Below, piece after piece: positions 50,101 to 62,739 of a stretch of 64,000 nt of DNA. The stretch comes from Malacoraja senta. Its lineage: Eukaryota. The notes under the pieces are model-generated. The model was not told the origin of the DNA. It saw nothing but the letters and a program-made list of their open reading frames with translations, and searched no databases. The stretch's first letter is position 1; each line of letters opens with the position of its first letter. Made by a program: the position numbers and the translations under genes. Location of the stretch: NCBI GenBank assembly GCA_038087875.1, contig JAXLNO010000113.1, positions 124,001-188,000 of the forward strand, written 5' to 3'.

Positions 50101-53100
50101 AATCTAATCGATAAGGGGAAACCATTTGGATGACACACATGAATTTTCAGGAGGATTCTCATAATAGTTATACAGGAGGTATCTCAACAAGCTTACAGCA
50201 CAAGGAAATGGAAGTAATATGAGTTTTGATTGGGGGTTGTTTAACAGGTAGAAAGGAGTTGCAGGTTGCAACTAATGCATTTATCAGTGATAGGTGCCAA
50301 CTATACACAATCTACATCCATGATGTTGCTAAGGACGTACTACAATGGTTCCAAATTTGCTGATCACACGAAACTAAGTGTGAATGCAAATAGCAAAGAT
50401 GATTCAAATAGGATTCCAGAGGATATGGACAAGTTAAGTGGGCAGATGCAGTAAAGTATGGAAATGTATGAGACTGTCCACTTCAGGAGAAATCAAATGC
50501 TGCCCATATTTATTAAAATGGTGAGAGATTGAAAACATTAATGTTCAAAATGACATGGATGTCCTTGTATATAAATCAATGAAAGCTAACGTGGCTGTAG
50601 AGCAGGCAATTAAGACAGCAAATCTTATCCTGTCCTTTACTTTTGCAGTTAAATGCAATCCAACAATAAAGATGTATCACTGGTATTACATAGAGCCTTG
50701 GCAAGCTTTCACCTGGAATACTGTGTAAAATTTTGACCTTAGACCAAAAGAATATTTACAATAGGGAATTGCATCAAAGTTGCAGCAGTTTGGTGCCTAT
50801 TATAGCAGACTTGTTTCATGGGGAGAGAAGGTATAGATTAGGTTTAAAAAAAAGAAACGATGGATGATGCTTTTGTGGAAATGTACAAATGTCTTAGGCC
50901 ACTCAAAGTAGATCCATGAAGAGTGCCCTTGGCTGAGTAATTTGGAAGTCAATACCGTCATTTGGCAGTGCAGGGCAAGACAGTGTCTAAAAACTAGAGA
51001 TAACTCTTTCATCATCCAGAAGGCAGCGAACATTTGGTACAATTGTTGCAAAATTTGGCCTGCATCCTTCCACAAAATTTAAATGTGTTACCGACAAATG
51101 CAATACCAAGGGATATACAAATATTGTGGAATATGGGGAAAAAGGCAGGTTCCTGCAATTAAGACAGAAAGCAACCAGGATCTCACCGAATGGTGGAATA
51201 ACCTCAAGAGACACCGGCTACATTCTAAGGTACAGGTGGATGGAACATGGCGGCCCTCTGTATACATAGTGAGTGTAGATTTTGATGAGATATAGCAGGA
51301 GCGTATGGTTGACAGGACAAAGTCAACCCTGTCATTGGTTCGAAAGAAATAAGCCATTTGTTCAAAAGTCATCTTGTAGAAAGCAAGAGCGGACCTGCAA
51401 GCAGTTTTTAAACATAGGACCGTTCAGCCAAGTGGAATGTGCATCCTGAACCACAAGGGATGATTTGAAAGACACTACCGTCCCAGACATCAACACATGC
51501 CTCCAGCTTCATTAGCAGCTTGATCTCTGATTTCAGAGCTGGAGAAGGGTCTGCAGTCACTCTGATACATCAGTAGGGCTGGGGTCTTTGTGGAGAGGGA
51601 GGCAATCACATCCCAACTTAAGAGTGCAGAGCAAGAGAATGGCTGGTTATCAAGGAGGAGCAGCAAGCAAATAGTCCAGGAAATCACCCATCCAATCCCA
51701 CCTTGCTCACCAACAGATTTTCCTTTCTGGATTCTAGCAATGGTGCTGTCCCTCAGGGAAGTGTAGCCAGAGCCAGGAGCTCAAGACAAAGGAAAGGCAA
51801 TGTTGACAGCACATTCAATAGTTAGGATCATCTGTTCGTCCTACTATGGGCATGCATGCAACTCCAGAATATTGTCTTTCCAATGTCAAGGTCAAACAGC
51901 ATGCTGAACAGTTGCAGAGCATCATAACGAGGAAGCAAAATAAAAAGTTTGCTCCACATTGGAACCAATTATTTAGTTAGGAGAGGGATAAGGTTGCAGA
52001 TTTTAGCTTGTTCGAAGCTTAAAAGCGGGAACTGAGAAGGTAATCGTCTCTGGATAATTTACAAATTCATGGATAATACAGTAATAGGACAGAAGAAATA
52101 ATCAAATGTTTTGAGCAATAATGTAGGAGGCAGGACTTACAATTTGTAATAGAACCTGTACAAGTTTGACAGATCATACGCCATGGACTGGGACCAATAT
52201 CTTTGCAGATACTTTTGTAGTAAGCAGAATAAATAAACAGTAGAAACAAAGGCAAACAGGGCTCTAACTACATAAAAATGTTAAAAATACCAAATTTAAA
52301 AGAAACAGAATGTTAAGTTCCCAAACTTAGGTGCTTTTGTATGTGGATGAATTAAGGGCACAAAAAATAATTAACTAGTATGAATCAAGTAATTAGGGTA
52401 ACTAGAGGATACCCTGAGGATAAATTCTTGGAACAGAGACAAGATGGATTTCTAGATTACTACGCCAAGAAATGAGCCATTTTATATCTAGTATAATGCC
52501 AGTAAAAGGGCCTGTCATTTGCATGTAATTTACGCGTCATCATTTACGCGTCACGACGCACGACTCGCGCGTCGTGCCGCGCATGGTGCGCATTACTCGC
52601 GCAATGTGCGTGGTGACGCAGGCAGTGACGCGTGGTGCCCCAGGATTTTGAGATGTACAAAATCTTCGCGCGCCATCTGCGTGACACGCAAATGACGCCC
52701 AAGTGGGACAGGCTCTTAAAAAAGTCTTTGTTGATAATTGTTTAAAGTGGCCCCTCGGAAAGAGTAACTATCATATGACAGAACTTTAAATTGACTTTAA
52801 AAGAGATGCAGTTCAATCTAAACAAAGGGAATTATGAAAGTATGCAGGGTGGATTGGTGCTAGAACATTGAAAACAGTGAATAAACAGCTATAATTTAAA
52901 GAAAAAAATCAAATTTTCACAAATACACTTTTTTTTTAACAGGTGGTCAAAAAATGGGTTTCAAGATACATTAAGCTAGCATTAAACACAAGTAAAAGAT
53001 TGCAGGGTTTGTTAGAGAAACAGTAAGCCTAAGGACGAAGCATTTTAAAAATTCAGTAACGGATAACTAAGAAATTGAGGATGAAGTAAAATGACATTAA

Positions 53101-53470
53101 ATCAGGAGACAGAGTAGGAAGGAGCTTTTATTGGTATGCAAAAAGGAAAAGACTAGCAAGGGCAAATGGAGGTCCTTTCTAGACAGAAATGGTAAAATGG
53201 CAGCAAAATTAAATTACTTCGTGCCACTTACGATAATGAAGAGGTAAAATTTGTTCACAGAAGGCCTTGTTTGGAACACACTTCCTCAGAACATTGGAAG
53301 CAGTTTTTTCGTACTCAAGGCAGAATTAAATAGGTTCCAGGGGTTGAAAGGAAGTAAGCAAGGGTTGAAAGATTTCCTGGGGTTGTCAGAAATATGGACG
53401 TGAAGTCACAGTAGCCATGATCTTGCTGCATGATGGACCAAACTCGAGCAGCTGAGCGGCCTACTCCTGC
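50101..53470 (+). mobile_element. Highly degenerate CR1 fragments (RT/3' end, then ORF1/ORF2 remnants)
   Basis: SKFADHTKL (ORF 50266..50454); eroded CR1 tails near 51130-51200 and 53400-53470; eroded similarity to the CR1 ORF1 at 62740-64000. Confidence 0.6.
52506..52717. mobile_element. Harbinger-like MITE with a CG-rich (ACGCG) interior
   Basis: aagggcctgtc...agtgggacaggctctt imperfect TIRs. Confidence 0.7.
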
Positions 53471-54109
53471 TCGTGATCCATACTTTCCAGCTTCAAGGAA
53501 ATTGCAAAACACCTCGCATAAAATGAGAACCAAGGGTCCATCACAAACAAAATAATAAAAACAAATACAAAGGGAGGCAACCTAAAGCCACCATAATGTA
53601 AGATAATGGTCAATTTCTAACTTCAGCAGCCCCTTCCCAGACTTTACCCATATCCTTCAATTCATAACCAAAGCAAAATTCTGGTAATTTCTAAATTGTT
53701 GTAAAAAACTATCATTAATAATTAACTGAGTTATCTTTTGAAGTAGATTGCTGGTCGATATTGTTCACATTGCAAGTTTAACTAAATCAATTTAAAATTT
53801 GAAGTAATAATTCATTTCCTGAAGCTTGTTTCAAGATGAGTAAAATACAGTAAACCCTCATTATAATGGACCATGGAGGTGAATGGGAGCCCGTTATTGC
53901 CAATTGTCAGTTATAACTAGAGCCAGGATTTTGCCATAAATGCCGTGTGCCTTTTCATGCCTTTTTTGATGATTTCAGGAAGATAATGCCCTTTTCACGA
54001 TTGTGCCTAAATCTGCCTTTTTTTGCCGTGTTAACGTAACTTACAAGAAGAGTTACACCACCGGGGCGAAACCCGGCTGCAAGTGGGTGTTAAGTGGTGA
54101 CTGGAGAGG

Positions 54110-55979
54110 GGTGCGTGGAATCTGTTGATAACCTCTCACCAGGTCAATCTTTGAAAAAAATTTGGCCCCATTCAAATGGGCCGTTTAACCCTGGATATGT
54201 GGAACAGGATATCAATCAGCCACCGTGACATAATTTAAACGGCGATAATCCCCACAAGGCCTCCAGCTCCAATTCGCTTTAACAACCATGTGCAGTCGAG
54301 AGGCCCACAGGCTATGAGAACGACGCACAATCCACATCTCCTCCATTTGGCAGAATTCCGCCTCGGCAATGCGAAGCTTGTCAGGAGGCAAACGGCGTGC
54401 CCGAGCATGCAGTGGTGGTTCGGTGGAAGTAATATGATGTAAAACCGCATGTTTGGAAACACTTGACTGAAACTGAGGGGTCAGAATGGCAAGAAACGCC
54501 GCCAATATCTGAACGTATATATTGTCAACAGCGGAAACCGGGTCGAGGCGCGGCAGAGGAACTGGTGCGGGGCAAAGGGAAATCGACTCCAAAATTCCAG
54601 AACGTATGAGCCGCTGCCCACACACATCAACCAACAGGGATTGTGCCCGTAGAAAATCGGCGCCCAGCAATTGGCTGGGACACGTCAGCCACAGTGAAAT
54701 TCCATGTAAAATGGCAGGAGCCGAAAATAAGCGGGACCATACGAAAGCCATAGGTACGGATGGGGCTGCCGTTAACTGCGGTAAGAGCTTACCTGATCGA
54801 GTGTCACTCTCACTGGGGGCAAAACGCTGACCTCGGCACTCGTGTCCACTAGAAACTGCCGTCCAAAATAACGGTCCCAGGCGTAGAGGCGATTCTTCTG
54901 GCCGGAAGCAGCGTTTGCCGGATACGAGCAGGGCAGGAGGTTTTGTTGGGCCATAGCCTTTCCTGAATACGAGCAGGGCGGACGGCATTGGTGGGCTGCA
55001 GGATCCCAGCGTTGGTGGTAGTAGCACCACCTACCTCTACCCACATCACTCGAAACCGGCCTTCTGGTGGAACCCACAACCGAAACTGGTAATGGCCGCG
55101 GGCTGCGTCGCGGCCCCGCCGACACCCGACCAATGGAAAAGGCACCCTGCTGTTTGGCCTCCCACAGCTCGTCGGCACGTACAGCCAGCTGCAGCGGGTC
55201 AGAAAAATCGTCACCTGCGAGGAGCAGGCGGATGTTCTCGGGTATCTGCTCCAGGAATACATGCTTGAAAAGGAAACAGGGCTGATGACCACCCATCAAG
55301 GTTAGCATTTCGCTCATCAGAACTGACGGCTTGCGGTCACTGAGACCACCCATGTTCAGAATTCTCACAGCCCGCTCGCTGGGCCCGAAAGTGCGCAAAA
55401 GGAGCGCCTTAAGGCCAATATACTTTCTGGCAGCCGACGGTTGGCGAAGAAAATAAACGAGACGACCGGCCGTGTCCTGATCCAAGGCCCCAATCACGTA
55501 ATAGTATTTTGTGTCGTCAGCAGTAATATGCCAAATATGAAAATGAGCCTCGGCCTGCTCAAACAATATGTGGGCTGCGACGTCCAAAACACGGGTAATT
55601 TAACCACAACGGCGTTCTGCTGAGCCAGAAGGCCGGCGTTCTGCGGAGTCAGAGGGCCGACTGCATCAGGCAGGCTGTTATCTGATTGCATTTTGCTTAT
55701 CTGCTTGCTTTTCCAAAACCACAGTTTGGAAAACGCGAGGTCACCAATGAAGCACAATAAAGTGAGTCACTTATTGTAAACTCCAGAGAAAGTTTTATTA
55801 AATACGAAGGAACTTCAAAACAATAGCGGTGTGGCTGAGCTCAGAATAGCTGCGTGGCGCTCTGCCAGGCACACACAAAAACTCCCTTTTGAACTCCTTA
55901 TCTCCAACCCCACCCCTCAGTCACATGCTTTTACCGAGGGTTCGACTAAACAATGGCCCGACTACCAGATGGCGCCACA
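54110..55979 (-). mobile_element. Gypsy (Mag-like) LTR retrotransposon, 5' half: LTR, primer-binding site, gag, protease, start of RT
   Basis: LTR TG...CA at 55979-55748 with AATAAA; primer-binding site TGGTGACCTCG (tRNA-Trp-like); gag VKLPVFW..P..FEQAEAHF and CYYH...A.QCRPPC; protease FLVDTSAEVSVLP; RT WRPCGDYRRLN. Confidence 0.92.
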
Positions 55980-55984
55980 GCAAG

Positions 55985-56490
55985 ATGCACCATATCTGAG
56001 GATGGATCTGCAGCGGGTCCAGATGAGGTTTATAAGAATGATCCCAGGAATGAGTAGGTTAACCTATGATGAGCATTTGTCGGGACTGGGCCTGTACTTG
56101 CTGGAGTTTAGAAGAATGAGGGGGGTCCTCAGTGAAACATACAGAATAATGAAAGGCTTGGATAGAGCGGATGTGGAGAGAATGTTTCCACTAGTGGGAG
56201 AGTCTAGGACTAGAGGTCATAGTCTCAGAATTAAAGGACGTTCTTTTTGGAAGGAGATGAGGAGAAATGTATTTGGTCAGAGGGAGGCGAATCTGTGGAA
56301 TTCTTTGCCACAGAAGGTTGTGGAGACCGTTAGTGGATATTTTTAAGGCAAAGATAGATAGATTCTTGATTAGCACATGTTTCAGAGGATATGGGGAGAA
56401 GGCAGGAGAATGGGGATAGAAGGGAGAGATGGATCAGCCATGATTGAATGGCAAAGTAGACTTGATGGGCCGAATGGCCTAATTCTCCTA
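55985..56490 (+). mobile_element. CR1 3' fragment
   Basis: RVQMRFIRMIPGM...ESRTRGHSLRIKG...LWNSLPQ. Confidence 0.9.
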
Positions 56491-57601
56491 TCACTTTTGA
56501 CAAGATCATTTATGTGCACTCGTTTATCAACTTTGTGCATTCATAATGTTATTAATTTGTTTCATTTTTAGCCAATGTCACAAATATCTTACTAGCTTTG
56601 TTATGCTCTCTGTTTTTGTACTTTATATTTCAAAACAAGAATTTCACATCTTTGAACATACTTCAAGTGTACATTCAATGTCAGGTATCTATCTGCTAAG
56701 TTTCATTGCAATATACAAGTTAATATTTCTCAACCAAAATGTATCACCCTACACATTTCACCATTAAATTTAATCTGCTATAATTTACTCTGCATAAATC
56801 ACCACCAGGCCCTAAAATCATAGAATCAATGCTCCCTTGAGGTCTGCTCATTGTTTACATGTAATAATCTTTGTCAACAATTCAAGAACTCCTTCATTTA
56901 ACCTGCAAATACAAAGATATGCATGCATTTATGTAATGTCTTACTTGACCCCCAGGATCCCCTGAAGCACTTTGCTCCAGTGGTGTACCCTTTAAACAGT
57001 TAATGTTTTTAATGAAGAAAATATTGCCACAAATCATGCATGTCAGATTCCACAATATACTGTGAGATTAATGACAAGATGACTATGTGATATTGGCAAT
57101 ATGAAGGTTAGGTTGAATTGCAAATAAGCCTTTCATATGATCTAGAACATTTTTTCCCCCTTTAAGACATGTATTTTCCATTTTACCATAGCACATTGGG
57201 GATCAGAAGATAAAAAGGAGGGTTTGTGCTTCAAATTTTACGTGGCTAATCAGACTAAGTAAAATACAATTTCAGCTTTGATTTATTGCCAAGAACATAT
57301 TTTAAACTGATTGAATGATTGTGGAAAGGAAAGATGGAATGACTTAAAATGCTTTAATTAGTTAAAATACTAATTATAGGTAAGACCAGATGAAAAATGT
57401 TTTTATTGCATTTGACACAACAAATTGGCTTTAAACAATTAACACAACTAAAATAGGAACAAAAAGTTGTTCATATATGCTGCAATTCTACTACATGGGA
57501 CATAGCAACCCGCTTGATGGTCAGCCCATTCATTCACTGCACCAATGATCCACAGCAGCAGCAGTTTAGGATGCACTGCTGCAACTCACCAAGACTCTTT
57601 C

Positions 57602-59771
57602 TTTTTTTTTTTTATTTTTATTTTTATTTATTAGAAGTACATTACATTACAACCACATACATTAATACTCGTCATTTATATCTTCTTACAATTAATGTAC
57701 TCCCTTTATTTATTTTTTTACACTAGAGAAAGAAAAGATTGAAAGAGAGAAGAAAGTGAAGGAAAAAGTGCAAGTGTAGAAAAGTGTAGAAAATGTAACA
57801 ACAAAAAAGGACGAAGACCCTATAAGAGCGAAATTAAAAACAAAAAGAAAAAGAGTTAAGAAATAGGCCCTAAGTAAAGAAAAGAGAAAGAGAAAAAAAG
57901 AGAAACAAATGTTTTTTTTTTGAGCATCACGTAAATAGGACATACCAACTCTTCAACTATCATCCCCCCTTACCCGACCTCAATTTTTTATTTTTTTTTA
58001 AAGTACTTTTGCACCCTATGTTTGTAATAATTCTATAAATGCAGACCACGTCAGGTGGAAGTGATCTGGTTTACCTGCTAGGAGGAGTCTTATCTCTTCA
58101 AGGTGTAATGTTTCAAACATATTTGAAATCCACATATTTATAGTTGGTATTGGAGCCTTCTTCCAAAATTTTAGAATTAGCTTTTTTCCAGTTATTAACC
58201 CATAATCCATTAATTTCTTTTGAAACACATTTAGTTCTGGATCATCTTCCGTTATTCCGAAGATAATCCATTCTGCTTTGGGTATCAGTCTTGTTTTAAA
58301 TAACTTTGTAAAGATTTCAAAAATTTCATTCCAAAATTTTTGAATTTTTGTACAGAAGACAAATGAGTGCGCTATAGTTGCTTCTTGGGATTGACATTTA
58401 TCACAAATAGATGATACGTTTGGGAAAATTTTATGAATTTTAGTTTTCGAATAATATAATCTATGTAAAATTTTAAATTGTATTAAAGTGTGTCTTACAT
58501 TAATCGAGCATTTATGCACTTTTAATAAGTATTCATTCCAACTTTCCTTTGAAATTTTAATAGCTAACTCTTGTTCCCAGTCTCTTCTGATACCCTCCGT
58601 AGATGGTATTTGTGCATTTAAGATAATATTGTACAAATATGATATTAAGTTTGCTGATTCCGCTTTTATCTGCATTGCCTCGTCCAGTACATCTGCTGGG
58701 TTATTATGATGATCTTTTATATATTTTTTCAAATAGTCGCATATTTGAAAGTATTTAAAATATTGATTATTTCCGAGTTTATATTTTATTTGTAATTGTT
58801 GAAATGAAAGTAATTTTCCAGTTTCATACAAGTCACCAAGCGTTTTAATTCCTAGTCTATCCCATTGTGTATAAGCTTTATCTATAATAGAAGGACTAAA
58901 CGATGGGTTATTGACTATAGGTAATAAAAGTGATAAGTTTCTTAATTTTAAATTTTGTTTTATTTGTTTCCAAATACGGATTGTACTATGAATAATTGGG
59001 TTCTTATTATAGTTTATGTTATTCAATTTCATTGGAGAGAGGAGGATCGCTCCGATGTTTCTAGAGGAGCAATCCTCTTTCTCCATTACAATCCAGTCTA
59101 CTTGCTGGGCGGAGTTATCCATCAGTTGAATCATGTTTTTAATATTTACTGACCAGTAATAATACATAAAATTAGGTAGTGCTAGACCCCCCAATACTTT
59201 AGATTTATTCAGATGGGTTTTTTGTATTCTATGTGATTTATAGTCCCATATAAAATTAGTGATATCTGAGTCGAGTTTTTTAAAAAACTTCTTAGGTAAG
59301 TATATAGGAATTGATTGAAATAGGTATAAAATTTGTGGTAAAAAGATCATTTTTATTGCGTTTATTCGGCCTATTAAAGACATCGGAAGCGTTTTCCAGA
59401 ATTTAATTAATGTATTCAGTTTATTAAGTAGGGGGTCAAAATTTGCCCTGAGCATACCTTGATATGCTCTGGTAATTTCGATTCCCAAATATTTAAATTT
59501 TTCTGTAGCTATTTTAAAAGGGAATTTTAAAAGATGTGTTGAATCTTTCGGTTTTATTGACATAATTTCACTTTTATTCCAATTTATTCTATATCCAGAA
59601 AAAGATCCGAAGTCTTCAATTAAATTTAATATATTTGGTATAGTGAATTGAGGTTTTGTAATATACAATAATATATCATCCGCGTATAAAGATATTTTAT
59701 TATATGAGTCTTTAGTATTATATCCATGAATATCAGGGTGTATTCTAATTTTTTCTGCTAATTTTTTCTTT
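57602..59771 (-). mobile_element. L1-clade LINE of a second family, 5'-truncated, with a 12-bp TSD
   Basis: 550-aa ORF 58016..59668 covering the RT C-terminus to the Cys-rich end; A-rich tail; TSD caagactctttc (57590-57601 and 59772-59783). Confidence 0.94.
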
Positions 59772-59990
59772 CAAGACTCTTTCGACAGTGCCTTCTGATC
59801 ACGATCTATACCAGCTGGAAGGACAAGGGCAACAAAAGCATGGGAAAACCATCACCTGGAAATTACCTTTGGAAATATAATGCCATCCATTCATCACCGT
59901 TGGGTCAAAATCCAGAATCCTACCCTAATGGGTATACCCTTGAATGTGGAAAGACAAATTCTATTGGAAAAATTGTTTTCTAAAGATGCT

Positions 59991-60292
59991 AAAGGGCCTG
60001 TCCCACTGTACGAGGTAATTCAAGAGTTCTCCCGAGTTTCCCCTGATTCGAACTCGGAGAATTATGGTAATAGCCGTTCGTAGGTACTCGGGGCTCTCGT
60101 GGACATTTTTCACAACGCTGAAAAAACTTCACGAGTTACCGCGTTTCCCGAGTACCTGCCGTTAGCATTACGAGCCGCTACGAGACATCCACGAGCTCTG
60201 ACGTAGCCGCTACGTACTTACCACGAGTTTTTTTAAAGTTTTTTAATTGGGGAGAGCTCTTGAATTACCTCGTACAGTGGGACAGGCCCTTT
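59991..60292. mobile_element. Harbinger-like MITE with TIRs of about 45 bp
   Basis: taaagggcctgtcccactgtacgaggtaattcaagag...ctcttgaattacctcgtacagtgggacaggcccttta. Confidence 0.85.
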
Positions 60293-61894
60293 AGGCAGCA
60301 GGACCATGAACCAAGTGAGAAGTTAACAAAAACTAAAATAGTGTTTACAAAATTGTTAGAAAGTAACTTTGTGCATGAAATTTTTAATGGGCAGAAGATA
60401 AAATCAAAATTTGCTGCAATCTATTATCTCTTCTCTAATGCAGCATAGACATTGCACATTAGGATATTGTTGGATACCTCTGCAGTAAAACATAGATCAT
60501 TTGAATAGTATGCCCTTGCTGTCAACCCCGGTAGAATCTCAATAAGGAAATGCATCTGTTTGAACAAGGTTTCAATTGGAAAAGATAATACTCCATATTT
60601 TTCAGAATGATATCACAAATCAGAGTGCACAACTGAATTCTTGGGAAACAGTACAAATCATAAATATTATTTCTCACTTCATTTTCATTTGATATCATCT
60701 TTTAGTTTTGGAGTTTGTGCATTTAAAAATAAAAACTATTTTTGAGAAATCTGGTATATTAACAAAAATGCACCACAGTTAATTAAGATTCTAGGAGAAA
60801 GGTGCAAAATATCTTCAGGTAGGATTTCCACTAAAAAAAAAAACCCTACTCCGCTCAACGCTGTTACTGTTGATTAAAATTACAAGAGACATGTCTGAAT
60901 GTCATACCAAATAAATTGCGAGGATTTAAATGAAAGAAACTACTTTTTCCATTGTGAATTCAAATGGCGTATCTGATGATCTATTAATCTATTGTCATGG
61001 GGAAGTGAAAAGTATGGTGTGAGTTTCTTTGTGCTATGGGATTCATACATTATTCATTAACTGTGTAGTTTTGACAATTCCCTTCAGCAATACATCTCAA
61101 CTAGTTTTCTGAACAAGATCATCAATGCTTAACTAGAGGAGGAATACATTTGTTACTCTTTGTACCTGGTCAAGTGCTGCAATATACTCATAGACTATGA
61201 AACTCAGAAACAACCAACTTGATCATGAGATCTGCATGTTCAGGCATTCATACTCAAGAACAAATCACCCAGAAGCAACAATGTGCATTTACAAAGGGGG
61301 TTATAGTTTATCTGAAATTTGTGAAAAGCAATACATGAAAGTTTACCAATGCTAATTAGCAATACATTCATTTATAAAGTCATATTTTTTCCCCAAAAGA
61401 CACTGATCGTTGCATTGCAATATCTACAATAGTCATAAAAAAAAACAACAAAATACAGTGAAACACCAATGATGCAGCACTTTTAGGACTTGGGTGGTAC
61501 TGGATTAGCAAATTTGCCAGACTATTGGCTATGGACTAAACTCTGACTAAAGAAATTCCTCCTCATCTCCATTTCTAAAGATACGTCCTTTTATTTTGAG
61601 GCTGTGCCCTCTAGTCCGAGACTCTCCCACCCATTGGAAACACCCTCTCCACATCCACTCTATCCAAGTCCTTCATTACTTGGTAGGTTTCAATGAGATT
61701 ACCCCTTATCTTTTGAAACTCTTACGAAGGGTCAACTCTCAAAACACCACCAAACCTTTTCTTCTCCAGATGATAATCGATTTATAGCCATCATAGATTT
61801 AAGTGTCAATATACAAGAATGTGGAACCAAATTGAATGCACTATGGTAGTCTAAGTTGTATAAACTTAACAGCCAGAGCATTGGCTCTGGCACT

Positions 61895-62195
61895 GGGTGG
61901 CATGATGGCGTAGCGGAAGAATTACTGCCTTACAGCATCATAGACCCGAGTTTGATCCTGACTACGAGTGCTGTATGAATGGAGTTTGTATGTTCTCTCC
62001 ATGACGCATGGGCTTTCCTCGAGATCTTCGGTTTCAACACTCTAAATACACTCAGGTTTGTAGGTTAATTGGCCTGGTATAAATAAATATTTTTAAATTG
62101 TCCCTAGTGTGTGTAAATTAATGTGCAGGGATCGCTGGTCGGTGTGGACTCAGTGGGCCGAAGGGCCCGTTTCCGTACTGTATCTCTAAACTAAA
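61895..62195 (+). mobile_element. tRNA-derived SINE (V-SINE/HE1-like)
   Basis: Box A TGGCGTAGCGG, box B GAGTTTGATCC, central core, and CR1-like tail gggccgaagggcc.gtttcc...tgtatctctaaactaaa. Confidence 0.85.
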
Positions 62196-62739
62196 AGCTA
62201 CAACCTTTTTTTTCTTTGAATCTACTCTTAATTCATTACTCAAATATCTTCCACCACTTCCATATCAGTTGAACCCAAAATTGGCAAGATTTACTTTACG
62301 ACCATACCATCAGCCCCGATGTAAATATCAAACAATTCAAAAATGAAATATACTCTGTATACCAAAATCCTATTGCTGCACTAGTGTCTAATTTAATGAT
62401 AACTAAAACGGAAGCATTTTGTTTATTGCATGATGTATATTAATTAGGGATTGTGCAAAATAACAAAACTACTATAAATATGAAATAATTTAATTCCAAT
62501 TTCTGAAAATATCTGAAAGGCATTTCAATTGTTTCCACATAGCAAGCTCATATCACTATCATAGAAGCCTACCTGCATAGTTAAAATATTGGCATGAGAC
62601 TATTTAAGAAATTATAGGCTCAAGTGCGAAGAACACTTAGAAATAAAATCATGTCAACATTGTTGACATTTCTGTGGCTGCAATATGTAGAGACTGCTGT
62701 CAGCGTGTGATGGGGAGCGGCCTGTTGGGAGTGGCCTTG

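Noticed and set aside
61895..61970. tRNA gene
   Set aside because: A and B boxes are present, but there is no cloverleaf and the sequence continues into a SINE body.
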